Source: Candidatus Aenigmatarchaeota archaeon (GTDB taxonomy: Archaea; Aenigmatarchaeota; Aenigmatarchaeia; CG10238-14; SCSR01). Taken from it: a stretch of 64,000 bases of DNA. The stretch covers positions 717 to 64,716 of the forward strand of contig JAWBWS010000004.1 in the NCBI GenBank assembly GCA_038999725.1. Reading direction: 5' to 3'. Every line of letters begins with the position of its first letter. Position 1 is the first letter of the stretch. The notes beneath the pieces were generated by a model, which was not told the origin of the DNA, did not search any database, and was given only the letters and a program-made list of their open reading frames with translations. The position numbers and the translations under genes were made by a program. Shown piece after piece: positions 1 through 8,255 of the stretch.

Positions 1-1636
1 CAGTAATGTTTAAAGTGTAGTTTCCACATTCGCTTGATTTTAATAGCCAAGATATCATCGAGCTTTCATTCTCTCCAATCTCGGCTAAAGTTTTCTGCAG
101 GCCTTCGGCTGCAAATTCTTGTGGGGCTTGCAAGCTAACAAAAACATCAGAAGAGTTTCCATTCATCGAAGTGATAAAAGCTTTAACTTCAAATTCTTCG
201 GAAACATTAACAGAAGAAGGAACTTCTATTTTTTCTATCTTAATTTCAGGTTTTAGCTGAACATTTTCTTCTGAAATTTCAGACAAAACTTCCAAGCTTC
301 CCTCTTCTGTTTCAACCCAATTTCCAGCCAAATCAGAAGCATAGAACTTGAAAGATACAATTCCAGCTGAGTTAACAGTTTTTGTTACATTGCTCCATGC
401 CTCCAAAACATTAAGGTTTGAAGACCAAACAGCCTTTCCAAACCTCTTGACCAAAATCACATGGCTAGGGACAGTTAAATCATAAATCATACCCTTATAA
501 CTTTCTAGATTTATTTGCTTGACATAAATCGGCTTGAGATTTTCATCAAGAAAAGTTATACCATAGCCAGCTTTGGCAAGCTCATAAGCTTTTTCTACTT
601 CAATGAACTTAAATTCACTTAAATCCACACCAAATAAAAAGTCTTTAATTCTTCTAACAAAATCCAAGGGATAATCTATTCTTGCAAAGACTTTGTGGTT
701 TGGCGTCACATGAATGTCAATTTCTCCGTTTATCTTGTAAATCCCGTCATCATAAGGAAGAGCAACTATTCTCAAGGGCTTCTCCCATCTTATTTCACCA
801 GCAGAAAGAACTGCAATTTCATCCTCATAGCTCAAATCTTTGAAATACTTCCACCCATGCCTAGTAAAAACTTTAGTTTCCCCATCATAACTTGAAATGA
901 AAGTATAACTTTCATTTTCCCAAGAACCAGAAGAATTCCAGCTGAAGATCCACCTATCCAAACCGAAATCATCTTGCCAAAAAGCAAAGAACTCTACTTC
1001 TTCCCCAACTTTTGCTTTTTCTCTGCTTGCCCCAAAGAAAGAATAAGAAGGGGCTTTTGAATCTTCCTGAGAGGTTGAGTTGTCGATTTCGACTGTATTA
1101 TTCCACCCTTCAACTAGAGGCATGCTAGTTGTTGTTGATGTGGTTGTTACAGGTTCGACAATTTCCTCTTCAGAAAGCAGAGAAGTAGTTGTTGTCGAAA
1201 TAGGTGTGCTTTCGTCAGTTTCTAAGCTTGAACTTTCATTGTTTTCCCCTTCTACCATCACAAACTGGCCTGAAATGTCTTGTGGATTGCTTACATTGGG
1301 AATATTTAGAAAGCCGGAGAAATTCTGGGCCACTATACCTGCTTGTAAAAGAAGGAGAAAGGCTATTGTGAGAATTACTGCAATCTTTAAACCTTTTTCT
1401 CCCTTTTTTGAAGGACAATCTCCTTCCTCTTGATTCGACACTTTCCTCAAATAGCAAAGCTTTGCCGATCCAATCCTTCTTTCAAAAACTACTTTTTTTC
1501 TAATCAATTCCTTGACATACTTTGCAGAAGTATGTCTATGCAAACCAGAGAGCTTTGCTATAGAACCAATAGTAAGGCCTTCTGGATGCTTCCTAAGCGT
1601 TTCTATAATCTTCTCTCTAGGATCTTCAGCCATCAT
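1..1636 (-). CDS. Membrane-anchored surface protein: N-terminal winged-HTH, TM helix, S/T-rich linker, Ig-like/CARDB-like domains with embedded Hint domain (3' end runs off the window)
   Basis: Manual translation from ATG at 1636 is open to the window edge: MMAEDPREKIIETLRKHPEGLTIGSIAKLSGLHRHTSAKYVKELIRKKVVFERRIGSAKLCYL (wHTH), KIAVILTIAFLLLLQAGIVA (TM), STTTTS/VTTTSTTTS linker, FFAFWQDDFGLDRWIFSWNSSGSWENES...WSNVTKTVNSAG (beta-rich, many NxS/T sequons). Absent from the ORF track because there is no stop in the window. Confidence 0.85.
   Translation of the reverse strand, partial: MMAEDPREKIIETLRKHPEGLTIGSIAKLSGLHRHTSAKYVKELIRKKVVFERRIGSAKLCYLRKVSNQEEGDCPSKKGEKGLKIAVILTIAFLLLLQAGIVAQNFSGFLNIPNVSNPQDISGQFVMVEGENNESSSLETDESTPISTTTTSLLSEEEIVEPVTTTSTTTSMPLVEGWNNTVEIDNSTSQEDSKAPSYSFFGASREKAKVGEEVEFFAFWQDDFGLDRWIFSWNSSGSWENESYTFISSYDGETKVFTRHGWKYFKDLSYEDEIAVLSAGEIRWEKPLRIVALPYDDGIYKINGEIDIHVTPNHKVFARIDYPLDFVRRIKDFLFGVDLSEFKFIEVEKAYELAKAGYGITFLDENLKPIYVKQINLESYKGMIYDLTVPSHVILVKRFGKAVWSSNLNVLEAWSNVTKTVNSAGIVSFKFYASDLAGNWVETEEGSLEVLSEISEENVQLKPEIKIEKIEVPSSVNVSEEFEVKAFITSMNGNSSDVFVSLQAPQEFAAEGLQKTLAEIGENESSMISWLLKSSECGNYTLNIT
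416..892 (-). other. Hint (mini-intein/intein-like) domain, 159 aa, no homing endonuclease
   Basis: Block A SYDGETKVFTRHGWKYFKDL, block B HVTPNHKVF (TxxH), block F YKGMIYDLTVPSHVILV, block G GKAVWSSN; the +1 residue is Leu. Confidence 0.85.
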
Positions 1637-1640
1637 CCCA

Positions 1641-1656
1641 TGTACACCGGTGTACA
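1641..1656. promoter_or_regulatory. Perfect 16-bp palindrome TGTACACCGGTGTACA, candidate operator
   Basis: Self-complementary; lies 4 bp upstream of the minus-strand start codon at 1636, in the divergent intergenic region. Confidence 0.5.
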
Positions 1657-1785
1657 ACATAGAAAATGTTTGTCGAACCCCATATTTCCTTAAAGAATCT
1701 TTAAAGACATCTTTTTCGACACTTCTTTTTCTTAACTCCAAAAAAGAAGTTAAATCTTTTATATTGTCGAAACTAAAAATTATAT

Positions 1786-2184
1786 GTGGACCTATTAATT
1801 CTCAAAAGAAAAAACAACAATGAAGCACAATTGGAAGAGCTTTTAAGGCAAATGGATACCCAAAGGGCTCAAATGGCAATTGAAATTGAAAAATTAAAGA
1901 ATTTGGGGGAGAAAATCAAAGAAATCGACACTAGATTGAAAGAAATAGAGAAAGTAATTTCTGTAGGTGGCTTTAGGCTTAGAACAAATTCAGTGAGTTC
2001 AAAAACAAAAGAGGCAATAAAAATGATTCTTCAGAAGTACGGTGAACTGACACCCTCCCAACTCAGCAGACTCATCAAACTGTCGAGAACCAGATGTAAC
2101 GAATATCTTAAAGAAATGGAGCACGAAGGTATAACAACCTCAAGAATAGAGAGTCGAAAAAAATACTATAGACTTCGACAATAA
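1786..2184 (+). CDS. Coiled-coil + C-terminal winged-HTH DNA-binding protein
   Basis: Heptad-rich N-half; C-terminal GELTPSQLSRLIKLSRTRCNEYLKEMEHEGITTSRIESRKKYY wHTH. Confidence 0.8.
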   Translation: MDLLILKRKNNNEAQLEELLRQMDTQRAQMAIEIEKLKNLGEKIKEIDTRLKEIEKVISVGGFRLRTNSVSSKTKEAIKMILQKYGELTPSQLSRLIKLSRTRCNEYLKEMEHEGITTSRIESRKKYYRLRQ

Positions 2185-2222
2185 CCAAATTCCGTTTCGA
2201 CTTCTGTCTGTTTTCATCTCGA

Positions 2223-2774
2223 CTAAATAACCTTTCCCAACAAAATCAAAGATAAAATTCCAATTAAGTTAAGAAAATAAGAGAAATACAAGAATCTTTT
2301 TGTTTCAAATTCACTCAACCCAAATAGAGCAGAACCAATCTCATCTGGTAAGGGAGAAGCTATGATAAAACCGGCTATAACAGGAACTATTTTTCTAAAC
2401 TTTCCGGATAGCCTAATTTCTTTCAGTTTTATTCCACCTTTGCTCATAAGGTCGTCTATTTCTTTCACTAAATTAAATTTAACAAACCTGAATATGAGAT
2501 AGTCACCAAGGACTGCTCCAAAAGCCCCTAAAATTGAAGCCACAAAAGGATTGACAGTTTTAGAGAGAAGGATGAAAACACTTGCCGCCACAGGTGCAGT
2601 TAAACCATAGGTGAAAAAAATTCCAGCAACAAAAGTTCCAAAATAACCTAAACTACTTAAATAGCTTGTGAGCATTTCCCTAGCAAAAACATTCCTCAAA
2701 CTAAAAACAGCTATGAAAGTACTCAAGCCTAAGAAAAACAGATTTTTATACTTGTATCTTATTCTTCTCCTCAT
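2223..2774 (-). CDS. Multi-pass membrane protein (DedA/VTT-like)
   Basis: Several TM segments; GAVLGDYLIFRF and SPLPDEIG motifs. Confidence 0.65.
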   Translation of the reverse strand: MRRRIRYKYKNLFFLGLSTFIAVFSLRNVFAREMLTSYLSSLGYFGTFVAGIFFTYGLTAPVAASVFILLSKTVNPFVASILGAFGAVLGDYLIFRFVKFNLVKEIDDLMSKGGIKLKEIRLSGKFRKIVPVIAGFIIASPLPDEIGSALFGLSEFETKRFLYFSYFLNLIGILSLILLGKVI

Positions 2775-2785
2775 TTTTACTTAAT

Positions 2786-4867
2786 TTATTTTTTATTATT
2801 TTTATTGTTCCAATCCTTTTTAGTTTCGCACTTTGGATCTAAACACATCCTAAAAGGTCTTTTCCCCTTTCTAAAAACTTGTATAATTGGGGTTCCACAC
2901 TTCTCACAAATTTTTCCTGTTGCTTGAATACTTGCACTATGAGGTAATGGATAGCCTGTCTCACACTTGGGATAATTGCTGCACCCAACAAAGAAAAAGC
3001 CACTTTTCTTAGACCTCAAAATCCTTAGCTCTCCTGTTTTACAGTTTGGACAATTACCAAGCTTTCTCTCGTCTTCTCTCTTTTCAATCAAAGCTTCCAA
3101 GAGCTTTTTACCAATCTTCTTTTCATTTGCTTTGAATTCTTCCAAAATTTCTTCCAAAGTTTTCTTTGCTTCTTCAACCACTTTTTCCCTTTTCTTCTTG
3201 CCTTGATAAACAAGCTCCATCTCCTCTTCAAATTTTCTAGTAAGCTCTTCAGACAAAATTTTTGGACAAAATTCTTTCAAAGCTTTGACAACAGCTTCTC
3301 CAAGCTTTGTAACTTGAATGCTTTTTCCGCTTATGTAGCCTCTGTCGTAAAGAGTTTGCAAAATTTCCGACCTGGTCGCCCTAGTTCCCAGATTTCTAGC
3401 CTCCATCTCTTTTATTATACTTCCTTGAGAATAGCGAGCAGGAGGTTGAGTTTCTTTTGCTAGCTCTTCTAGCTTTATGACTTTAATAATCTGGCCAACC
3501 TTAAGTTCAGGCAAAATCACCTCTTCCCTCTTCAAGTAAGGCTCATAAATTTTAGTCCATCCTGGCTCTAAAGTTCTTTTGCCAACAAGCAAGAAAGTAT
3601 GGCCAGCAACATCTAAGCTAACAGTGTTAGTTTCTCTTAAAGCCTCATCTCCAAAAGCAGCTAGAGTGCGCCTTGCTATCAAATCATAAATTTTTCTTTG
3701 TTGTGGTGTAAGTTTAGATAAATCAGGAACTTCGTGAGTAGCATACAATGCTGGATGCGCAACATCTTCCTTTTTTCCTTCCACAGGCACGAGTTTCTCT
3801 TTCTTCAAAAGCTCTTCAGCAAATTTCTTGTATTGCGGCAAAGAAGCTAAAGCTTTCAAAATTTTCTCATAATTTATACTCGGAGGCAATTTTTGGCTTG
3901 CTGTCCTGGGGTAGCTCACAAACCCCTGTTGATACAAGCTTTCAGCTATATTCATGGTTTGTTGAGGGGAGAATTTAAACTGCTGGTAAGCTTCAGCTTG
4001 CAAGTCTGTAGTGTTGAATGGAACAGGTGGCGCCTGTTTGTACTTTTTCTTTTTTATATCTTTTACTTTTGCATCTTTACCCTTGCATTCTTGCAATATC
4101 TTGTCAGCATCTTCCTTCTTCCAAATCCTTCCTTTTTCATAGCTAGCAACAGCTTCAGTCCCGTTTATCTTGACGTGAAGCTCAAGCTCCCAGAAAGGCT
4201 TAGGCTTGAATTTCCTGATTTCAAGTTCTCTTTCAAACAGAATTGCTAAAGTTGGCGACTGTACTCTTCCAGAAGACAAAATTGCAAATCCTTTTTCAGC
4301 TGCACTCTTTAAGGCAAGAGTTAAGGCTCTTGTGGTATTAATACCCCAGAGCCAATCAAGTTCATGCCTAGTCAAGCCAGCTTCAAGCTGACCGAAATCT
4401 ATATGGGGCAAAATCTTTTCATAAGCTTCTATCAATTCATCTTTAGTTAAGGTTGAGAACTTCATCCTTTTTGCATCATTTCTGTTAGCTAAAAATCTTA
4501 GCACATTATATCCAATCAATTCACCTTCAGTATCATAATCTGTTGCAACTATGAAATCAGAACCTCTCGATACTATTTTTTTCATAACATCGAAATATTT
4601 CTTGGAAAAGGCAGATTCTTTGCTCACTTCAAAACTTGGCTTCCAAACATAACTAAAAACAGGATACTTCCACGCTTTTTCAACAGGAGCAAGGCTGAAC
4701 AAATGTCCGACAGCACATGCCACTATATATTTTTTCCCTTCTCTTTCAAACTCATAATAAGTTACCTTATTCTCGTCTGTATAGGGCTTGAGACTCTTGT
4801 TTTCTGCTAAAGCTTCTGCTATCCTTCTGGCAGCATCCGGTTTTTCAGCTATTATTACTACAGGCAT
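2786..4867 (-). CDS. topA: DNA topoisomerase IA
   Basis: TOPRIM IIAEKP, ATDYDTEGE, SSGRVQSPTL, active-site SYPRT, C-terminal Zn ribbons. Confidence 0.97.
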   Translation of the reverse strand: MPVVIIAEKPDAARRIAEALAENKSLKPYTDENKVTYYEFEREGKKYIVACAVGHLFSLAPVEKAWKYPVFSYVWKPSFEVSKESAFSKKYFDVMKKIVSRGSDFIVATDYDTEGELIGYNVLRFLANRNDAKRMKFSTLTKDELIEAYEKILPHIDFGQLEAGLTRHELDWLWGINTTRALTLALKSAAEKGFAILSSGRVQSPTLAILFERELEIRKFKPKPFWELELHVKINGTEAVASYEKGRIWKKEDADKILQECKGKDAKVKDIKKKKYKQAPPVPFNTTDLQAEAYQQFKFSPQQTMNIAESLYQQGFVSYPRTASQKLPPSINYEKILKALASLPQYKKFAEELLKKEKLVPVEGKKEDVAHPALYATHEVPDLSKLTPQQRKIYDLIARRTLAAFGDEALRETNTVSLDVAGHTFLLVGKRTLEPGWTKIYEPYLKREEVILPELKVGQIIKVIKLEELAKETQPPARYSQGSIIKEMEARNLGTRATRSEILQTLYDRGYISGKSIQVTKLGEAVVKALKEFCPKILSEELTRKFEEEMELVYQGKKKREKVVEEAKKTLEEILEEFKANEKKIGKKLLEALIEKREDERKLGNCPNCKTGELRILRSKKSGFFFVGCSNYPKCETGYPLPHSASIQATGKICEKCGTPIIQVFRKGKRPFRMCLDPKCETKKDWNNKNNKK

Positions 4868-4898
4868 TAAATCAAATTCTACTTGAAAATTTAAAAAC

Positions 4899-6497
4899 CT
4901 ACTTCATCAGAATATTTCTTCTGTCTTCTTCAAGTGATATAAGTTTACTTTCCAAATCAGATATCTTTTTAATCAATTTTTCTATCTCAACATTAATCTC
5001 AGAGCTCTTTAAATCTCGGAAGGTTTCTTTAGGTTCAGGTAACTTAGAAAAGCTCTCTCTAATACTGGCAAAAATTTCATTTGGCATGGCTTCCACCTTC
5101 TTTTCCAATTTTTCCAATTTCTCCTCAACTGAAGAAGATAATTCAGACCTGCTTGCCAATTCTTCCATCCTTTCAGCTAATTTAGCCAGAGCCTTTTGAA
5201 GGCTCTCCATTCTTAAATCAAATTCGGCTTTTCTATTCAAAAGATAGTCTACACTTTCTTTCAAAGAGTTGAGCCTAGAAGAGAGGAATTTTATATCTAT
5301 TTCCGATTTGGTCGATATAATTCCACTAATCTTATCTTTTATTTCTTTTATTTCTTTGCTTGTTTCTGTTCTTAGCTCAGATACCTCAGAAACAACCCTT
5401 TGAATAATTTGGGTTTCAAGTGGTTTTATTCTTTCTTCCAGTCTTTTGATTTCATTTTCTAGACTACCTATCTTTTCTGACTTCACATCAAAATTGGTAA
5501 TTTCATCCTTAAGTTTAGAGACTTCTTCTACAAGAGTTAAAACTTGCTCTGATAGCAATGGCAACACAGATATTTTTTCATCAACTTTTTTCATCATAGA
5601 GGCTTCAATCAATCTTGCTTTTTCTTTCGTTTCATAAATCTTTTCCTCAAGAGAACTTAGACTCTTTTTTATCTCTTCTATAGATTTTGACCTTTCTTCA
5701 GAAAATTCTACCATTGAAGATAGCTCTTCGATTTTCAAGGCAAGCTGAGATAATTTTTCTTTCATAGCATGAAATTCTTCCTCAATTTCCCCTATTTTCT
5801 CGGTTTGTAAAGAACTCTCAAGAAACTTGAGCCTCTCTCTCATCTTGATTATCTCAGTTTTAATTGGGCTCATGTCTTCTCTAGCTCTTTCGATAAGTTT
5901 GAATTTTTCTTCCAGAGCCAAAATTCTATCGCCGAGTTCAATTATCTGTTCGGTTGGCATCAAAATTGAAGATATTTTTTCATTTATTTTTTCAATACTT
6001 TTCTCAAGTCTATTGACGTCGTCTTTCAAAGCAGATTGAAGACTTTTATCTTTCAATTCAGAAATTTCCTCCTCAATTTTCTTGATGACAGAGCTTTCTA
6101 TGGGCTCAATTTTACTTGCTAAGGCTTTTATTTCATCTTCTAGTTTTTTTATCCCCTCTATTTTTGGTACAAAATTCTCAAAATTTTTCATTTTTTCTGA
6201 GATGGCTATAACTTGTTGTGAATTTTCCGTTGCTTTTGAGTTAAGATCTTCCAGGAGTTTTTTGAGTTCAAACCCACCCAAATTTTCAACCATTATCAAA
6301 TCTTCTAACTCATCCAACCTTTCTTTAATTGAGTTGACCGTTTCAACATCAATTGTTTGAAGCAGTTTGAGTTTCTCGTTTATTTCTCCTATGGCTACTT
6401 CTAAGTTAACAAGTCTCTTATCGACTTGAAGAAGAGCAAATTTAAATTTCTCTTCAACTTCTTTTTCCCCCTTTTCTATCCCTTCTGTAGAATCCAA
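4899..6497 (-). CDS. Long coiled-coil protein of unknown function
   Basis: 532 aa, E/K/L/S-rich heptads throughout, no Walker motifs. Confidence 0.75.
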   Translation of the reverse strand: MDSTEGIEKGEKEVEEKFKFALLQVDKRLVNLEVAIGEINEKLKLLQTIDVETVNSIKERLDELEDLIMVENLGGFELKKLLEDLNSKATENSQQVIAISEKMKNFENFVPKIEGIKKLEDEIKALASKIEPIESSVIKKIEEEISELKDKSLQSALKDDVNRLEKSIEKINEKISSILMPTEQIIELGDRILALEEKFKLIERAREDMSPIKTEIIKMRERLKFLESSLQTEKIGEIEEEFHAMKEKLSQLALKIEELSSMVEFSEERSKSIEEIKKSLSSLEEKIYETKEKARLIEASMMKKVDEKISVLPLLSEQVLTLVEEVSKLKDEITNFDVKSEKIGSLENEIKRLEERIKPLETQIIQRVVSEVSELRTETSKEIKEIKDKISGIISTKSEIDIKFLSSRLNSLKESVDYLLNRKAEFDLRMESLQKALAKLAERMEELASRSELSSSVEEKLEKLEKKVEAMPNEIFASIRESFSKLPEPKETFRDLKSSEINVEIEKLIKKISDLESKLISLEEDRRNILMK

Positions 6498-6532
6498 TGT
6501 ATCTCACCTATTTATAATTTTAATTTTTCAAG

Positions 6533-7042
6533 TTATATTCTTTTTTCATACTTGAGCCAAAGAATCCAAGAAGCTAAGATTGCAAAGATTAGGCCAAACT
6601 TCCATAAAAAATCATGGATAAACTCAAAAAGGCTAGATTCAACTAAATAAATATAAGCAGTTAGAGCAATCCTTACTATGTTAAAAAAGAAAATTGAAGG
6701 TAGAGCTACAAGAAGAAAAAATAACTTTTTCTTGAGTTTAATAAAAGGAGTTGCCATTGTTAGAGAAAAAAGAGCATAAAGTGATTTCCAGCCTGTACAA
6801 TCCATGTCTATCTCAACAAAAAATATGGTGAAGTTATTCACTACTTTTAAACTTGAGCCATCTAGGCTTGCTTTTGTTCCAAGAGCCAACAAAAGTTTGT
6901 AAGAAAGAAAAGCCACAAGATTCTGCAAAGGTTTATAGGAGAAATTCAAGTACAGTAAGAGGTAGAGTGGTATTGCAAGCAAATTGAATTTGACCAAAAA
7001 CCAAAAAACTTGTAAAAGTTGTTTTCTAGTTTTCCTTCTCAT
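6533..7042 (-). CDS. Archaeosortase/exosortase-family membrane transpeptidase
   Basis: TM protein with Cys-Arg-His triad motifs: DMDCTGWKS, NIVRI, IHD. Confidence 0.8.
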   Translation of the reverse strand: MRRKTRKQLLQVFWFLVKFNLLAIPLYLLLYLNFSYKPLQNLVAFLSYKLLLALGTKASLDGSSLKVVNNFTIFFVEIDMDCTGWKSLYALFSLTMATPFIKLKKKLFFLLVALPSIFFFNIVRIALTAYIYLVESSLFEFIHDFLWKFGLIFAILASWILWLKYEKRI

Positions 7043-7533
7043 TTTTTCTTCCTCATTATCGCCTTCACAGCATCAACTATACTTTCGCTCTTTCTTTCAA
7101 AAACCCTTTTTACAACATCTTCAAATATTTCCTCCCTTCCAAATTTTCTTAAAACTTCTTCAACCTTTATGAAGATGTTATGGTAATTTCTGAAAGCCCT
7201 CAATGCTGCAGCCAATGCATCTTTTTGGTGAGAATCTTTTACCAACCGTTTGAAATCATTTAAAAGCTTGGCTTTTTCCTTATAACTCATAGATACCTGA
7301 GGATAAAAGGTATCACACCCCAAAACACTTGCAAGCTTCTCCACACCTTTTGGCAAAGGGTTTACATCAGTAGCTATTACCAAAACTTCACCAAATTTCA
7401 AAATATGCTTGATGATTTCTGCACGAGTTGCTTCTTTCTTGCTTGAAAGGTCTAGGATGTTACCTTTCGTGTCCAAAATGGCTATCCCCACAGTTGTACC
7501 TAAGTCAATCCCAACTATTAAATTCCTCTTCAG
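7039..7533 (-). CDS. DUF460-like RNase H-fold protein (probable CTG start)
   Basis: In-frame extension upstream of the called GTG gives IVGIDLGTTVGIAILD; also IATDVNP and HQKDALAAA. Confidence 0.75.
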   Translation of the reverse strand: MKRNLIVGIDLGTTVGIAILDTKGNILDLSSKKEATRAEIIKHILKFGEVLVIATDVNPLPKGVEKLASVLGCDTFYPQVSMSYKEKAKLLNDFKRLVKDSHQKDALAAALRAFRNYHNIFIKVEEVLRKFGREEIFEDVVKRVFERKSESIVDAVKAIMRKKK

Positions 7534-8198
7534 GATTTCACCTCATATTTTTCAGTTAAAATCTTCCTAATTTTTTTGGCAAGCTTTTCTCCAATTCCTT
7601 TCACAGACCTTAACTCATCTTCACCAGCAGAAAAAACTTTTTCCACAGAGCCAAATTTCTCCAGTAGCCTTTTTGACAGAACTGTAGAAATGCCTGGAAT
7701 GCTTGAAACAATAAATTCTTTAATCTTCTCTTTGTCTTCAGGTTTTTTCCCAACTTTAAATGCTAAAGCAAATTTTTTTTCTTCTTGCTCTTTCTTTGCT
7801 ATCCAGTATATTATCTTTGCTGTATCTAGCTCATTCCTCGTGCTTATCAAGCTAATCCCAAAATCTATTACTAAGCTTGCTATTGCTGCCTTCAAAGAAT
7901 TTTCATTTATTTTTCTTGTCGAATAACCTTCCATTAAGATTATTGGCTTTTCAAAATTTTTCTTAAGCTCACTAGCTTGCTCGAAAATTCTACCATCAAT
8001 TATGGAAGAAATGAAATCATCATAAGATTTTCTTTCAATTACAACTCTCTTGCTACAAACAAAATCGCCACACTCGAGGTCCATTTCATTCACTGTAGCT
8101 CCAATTTTCTTCAGGATTTCACCAACCTCACTTTCCCTGTAATCACAAATAACCATAACTTTATCTCTTGAGCTCAAAACCATTTGTTTTTCACCCAC
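7530..8198 (-). CDS. ERCC4/XPF nuclease with HhH2 domain (Hef nuclease half)
   Basis: CDYRE, GDF..VVIERKS..D, HhH SIPGIS and SVKGIGEK; alternative ATG at 8183. Confidence 0.92.
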   Translation of the reverse strand: MGEKQMVLSSRDKVMVICDYRESEVGEILKKIGATVNEMDLECGDFVCSKRVVIERKSYDDFISSIIDGRIFEQASELKKNFEKPIILMEGYSTRKINENSLKAAIASLVIDFGISLISTRNELDTAKIIYWIAKKEQEEKKFALAFKVGKKPEDKEKIKEFIVSSIPGISTVLSKRLLEKFGSVEKVFSAGEDELRSVKGIGEKLAKKIRKILTEKYEVKS

Positions 8199-8255
8199 AT
8201 CATCACTTTCTTCAAATTTCGAATTATTAATTTATAACTCCTAAAGTGGTTAAAT

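Larger units (their letters stand above)
1081..2223. repeat. Dispersed array of 14 TCGAC/GTCGA motifs (consensus TTCGACA) in both orientations
   Basis: Copies read at ~1081, 1088, 1154, 1193, 1434, 1671, 1715, 1765, 1924, 2081, 2153, 2174, 2196 and 2218. Confidence 0.65.

Noticed and set aside
695..1823. ORF-track calls 695..895, 1080..1433, 1236..1457, 1430..1693, 1512..1823
   Set aside because: Shadows of the long minus-strand wHTH-TM-Hint gene; no recognisable motifs.
1081..2223. TCGAC array as a CRISPR array
   Set aside because: The repeats are only 5-7 bp, irregularly spaced, in both orientations and inside genes.
4899..6497. SMC/Rad50 ATPase
   Set aside because: No Walker A/B, signature motif or hinge/zinc-hook seen.
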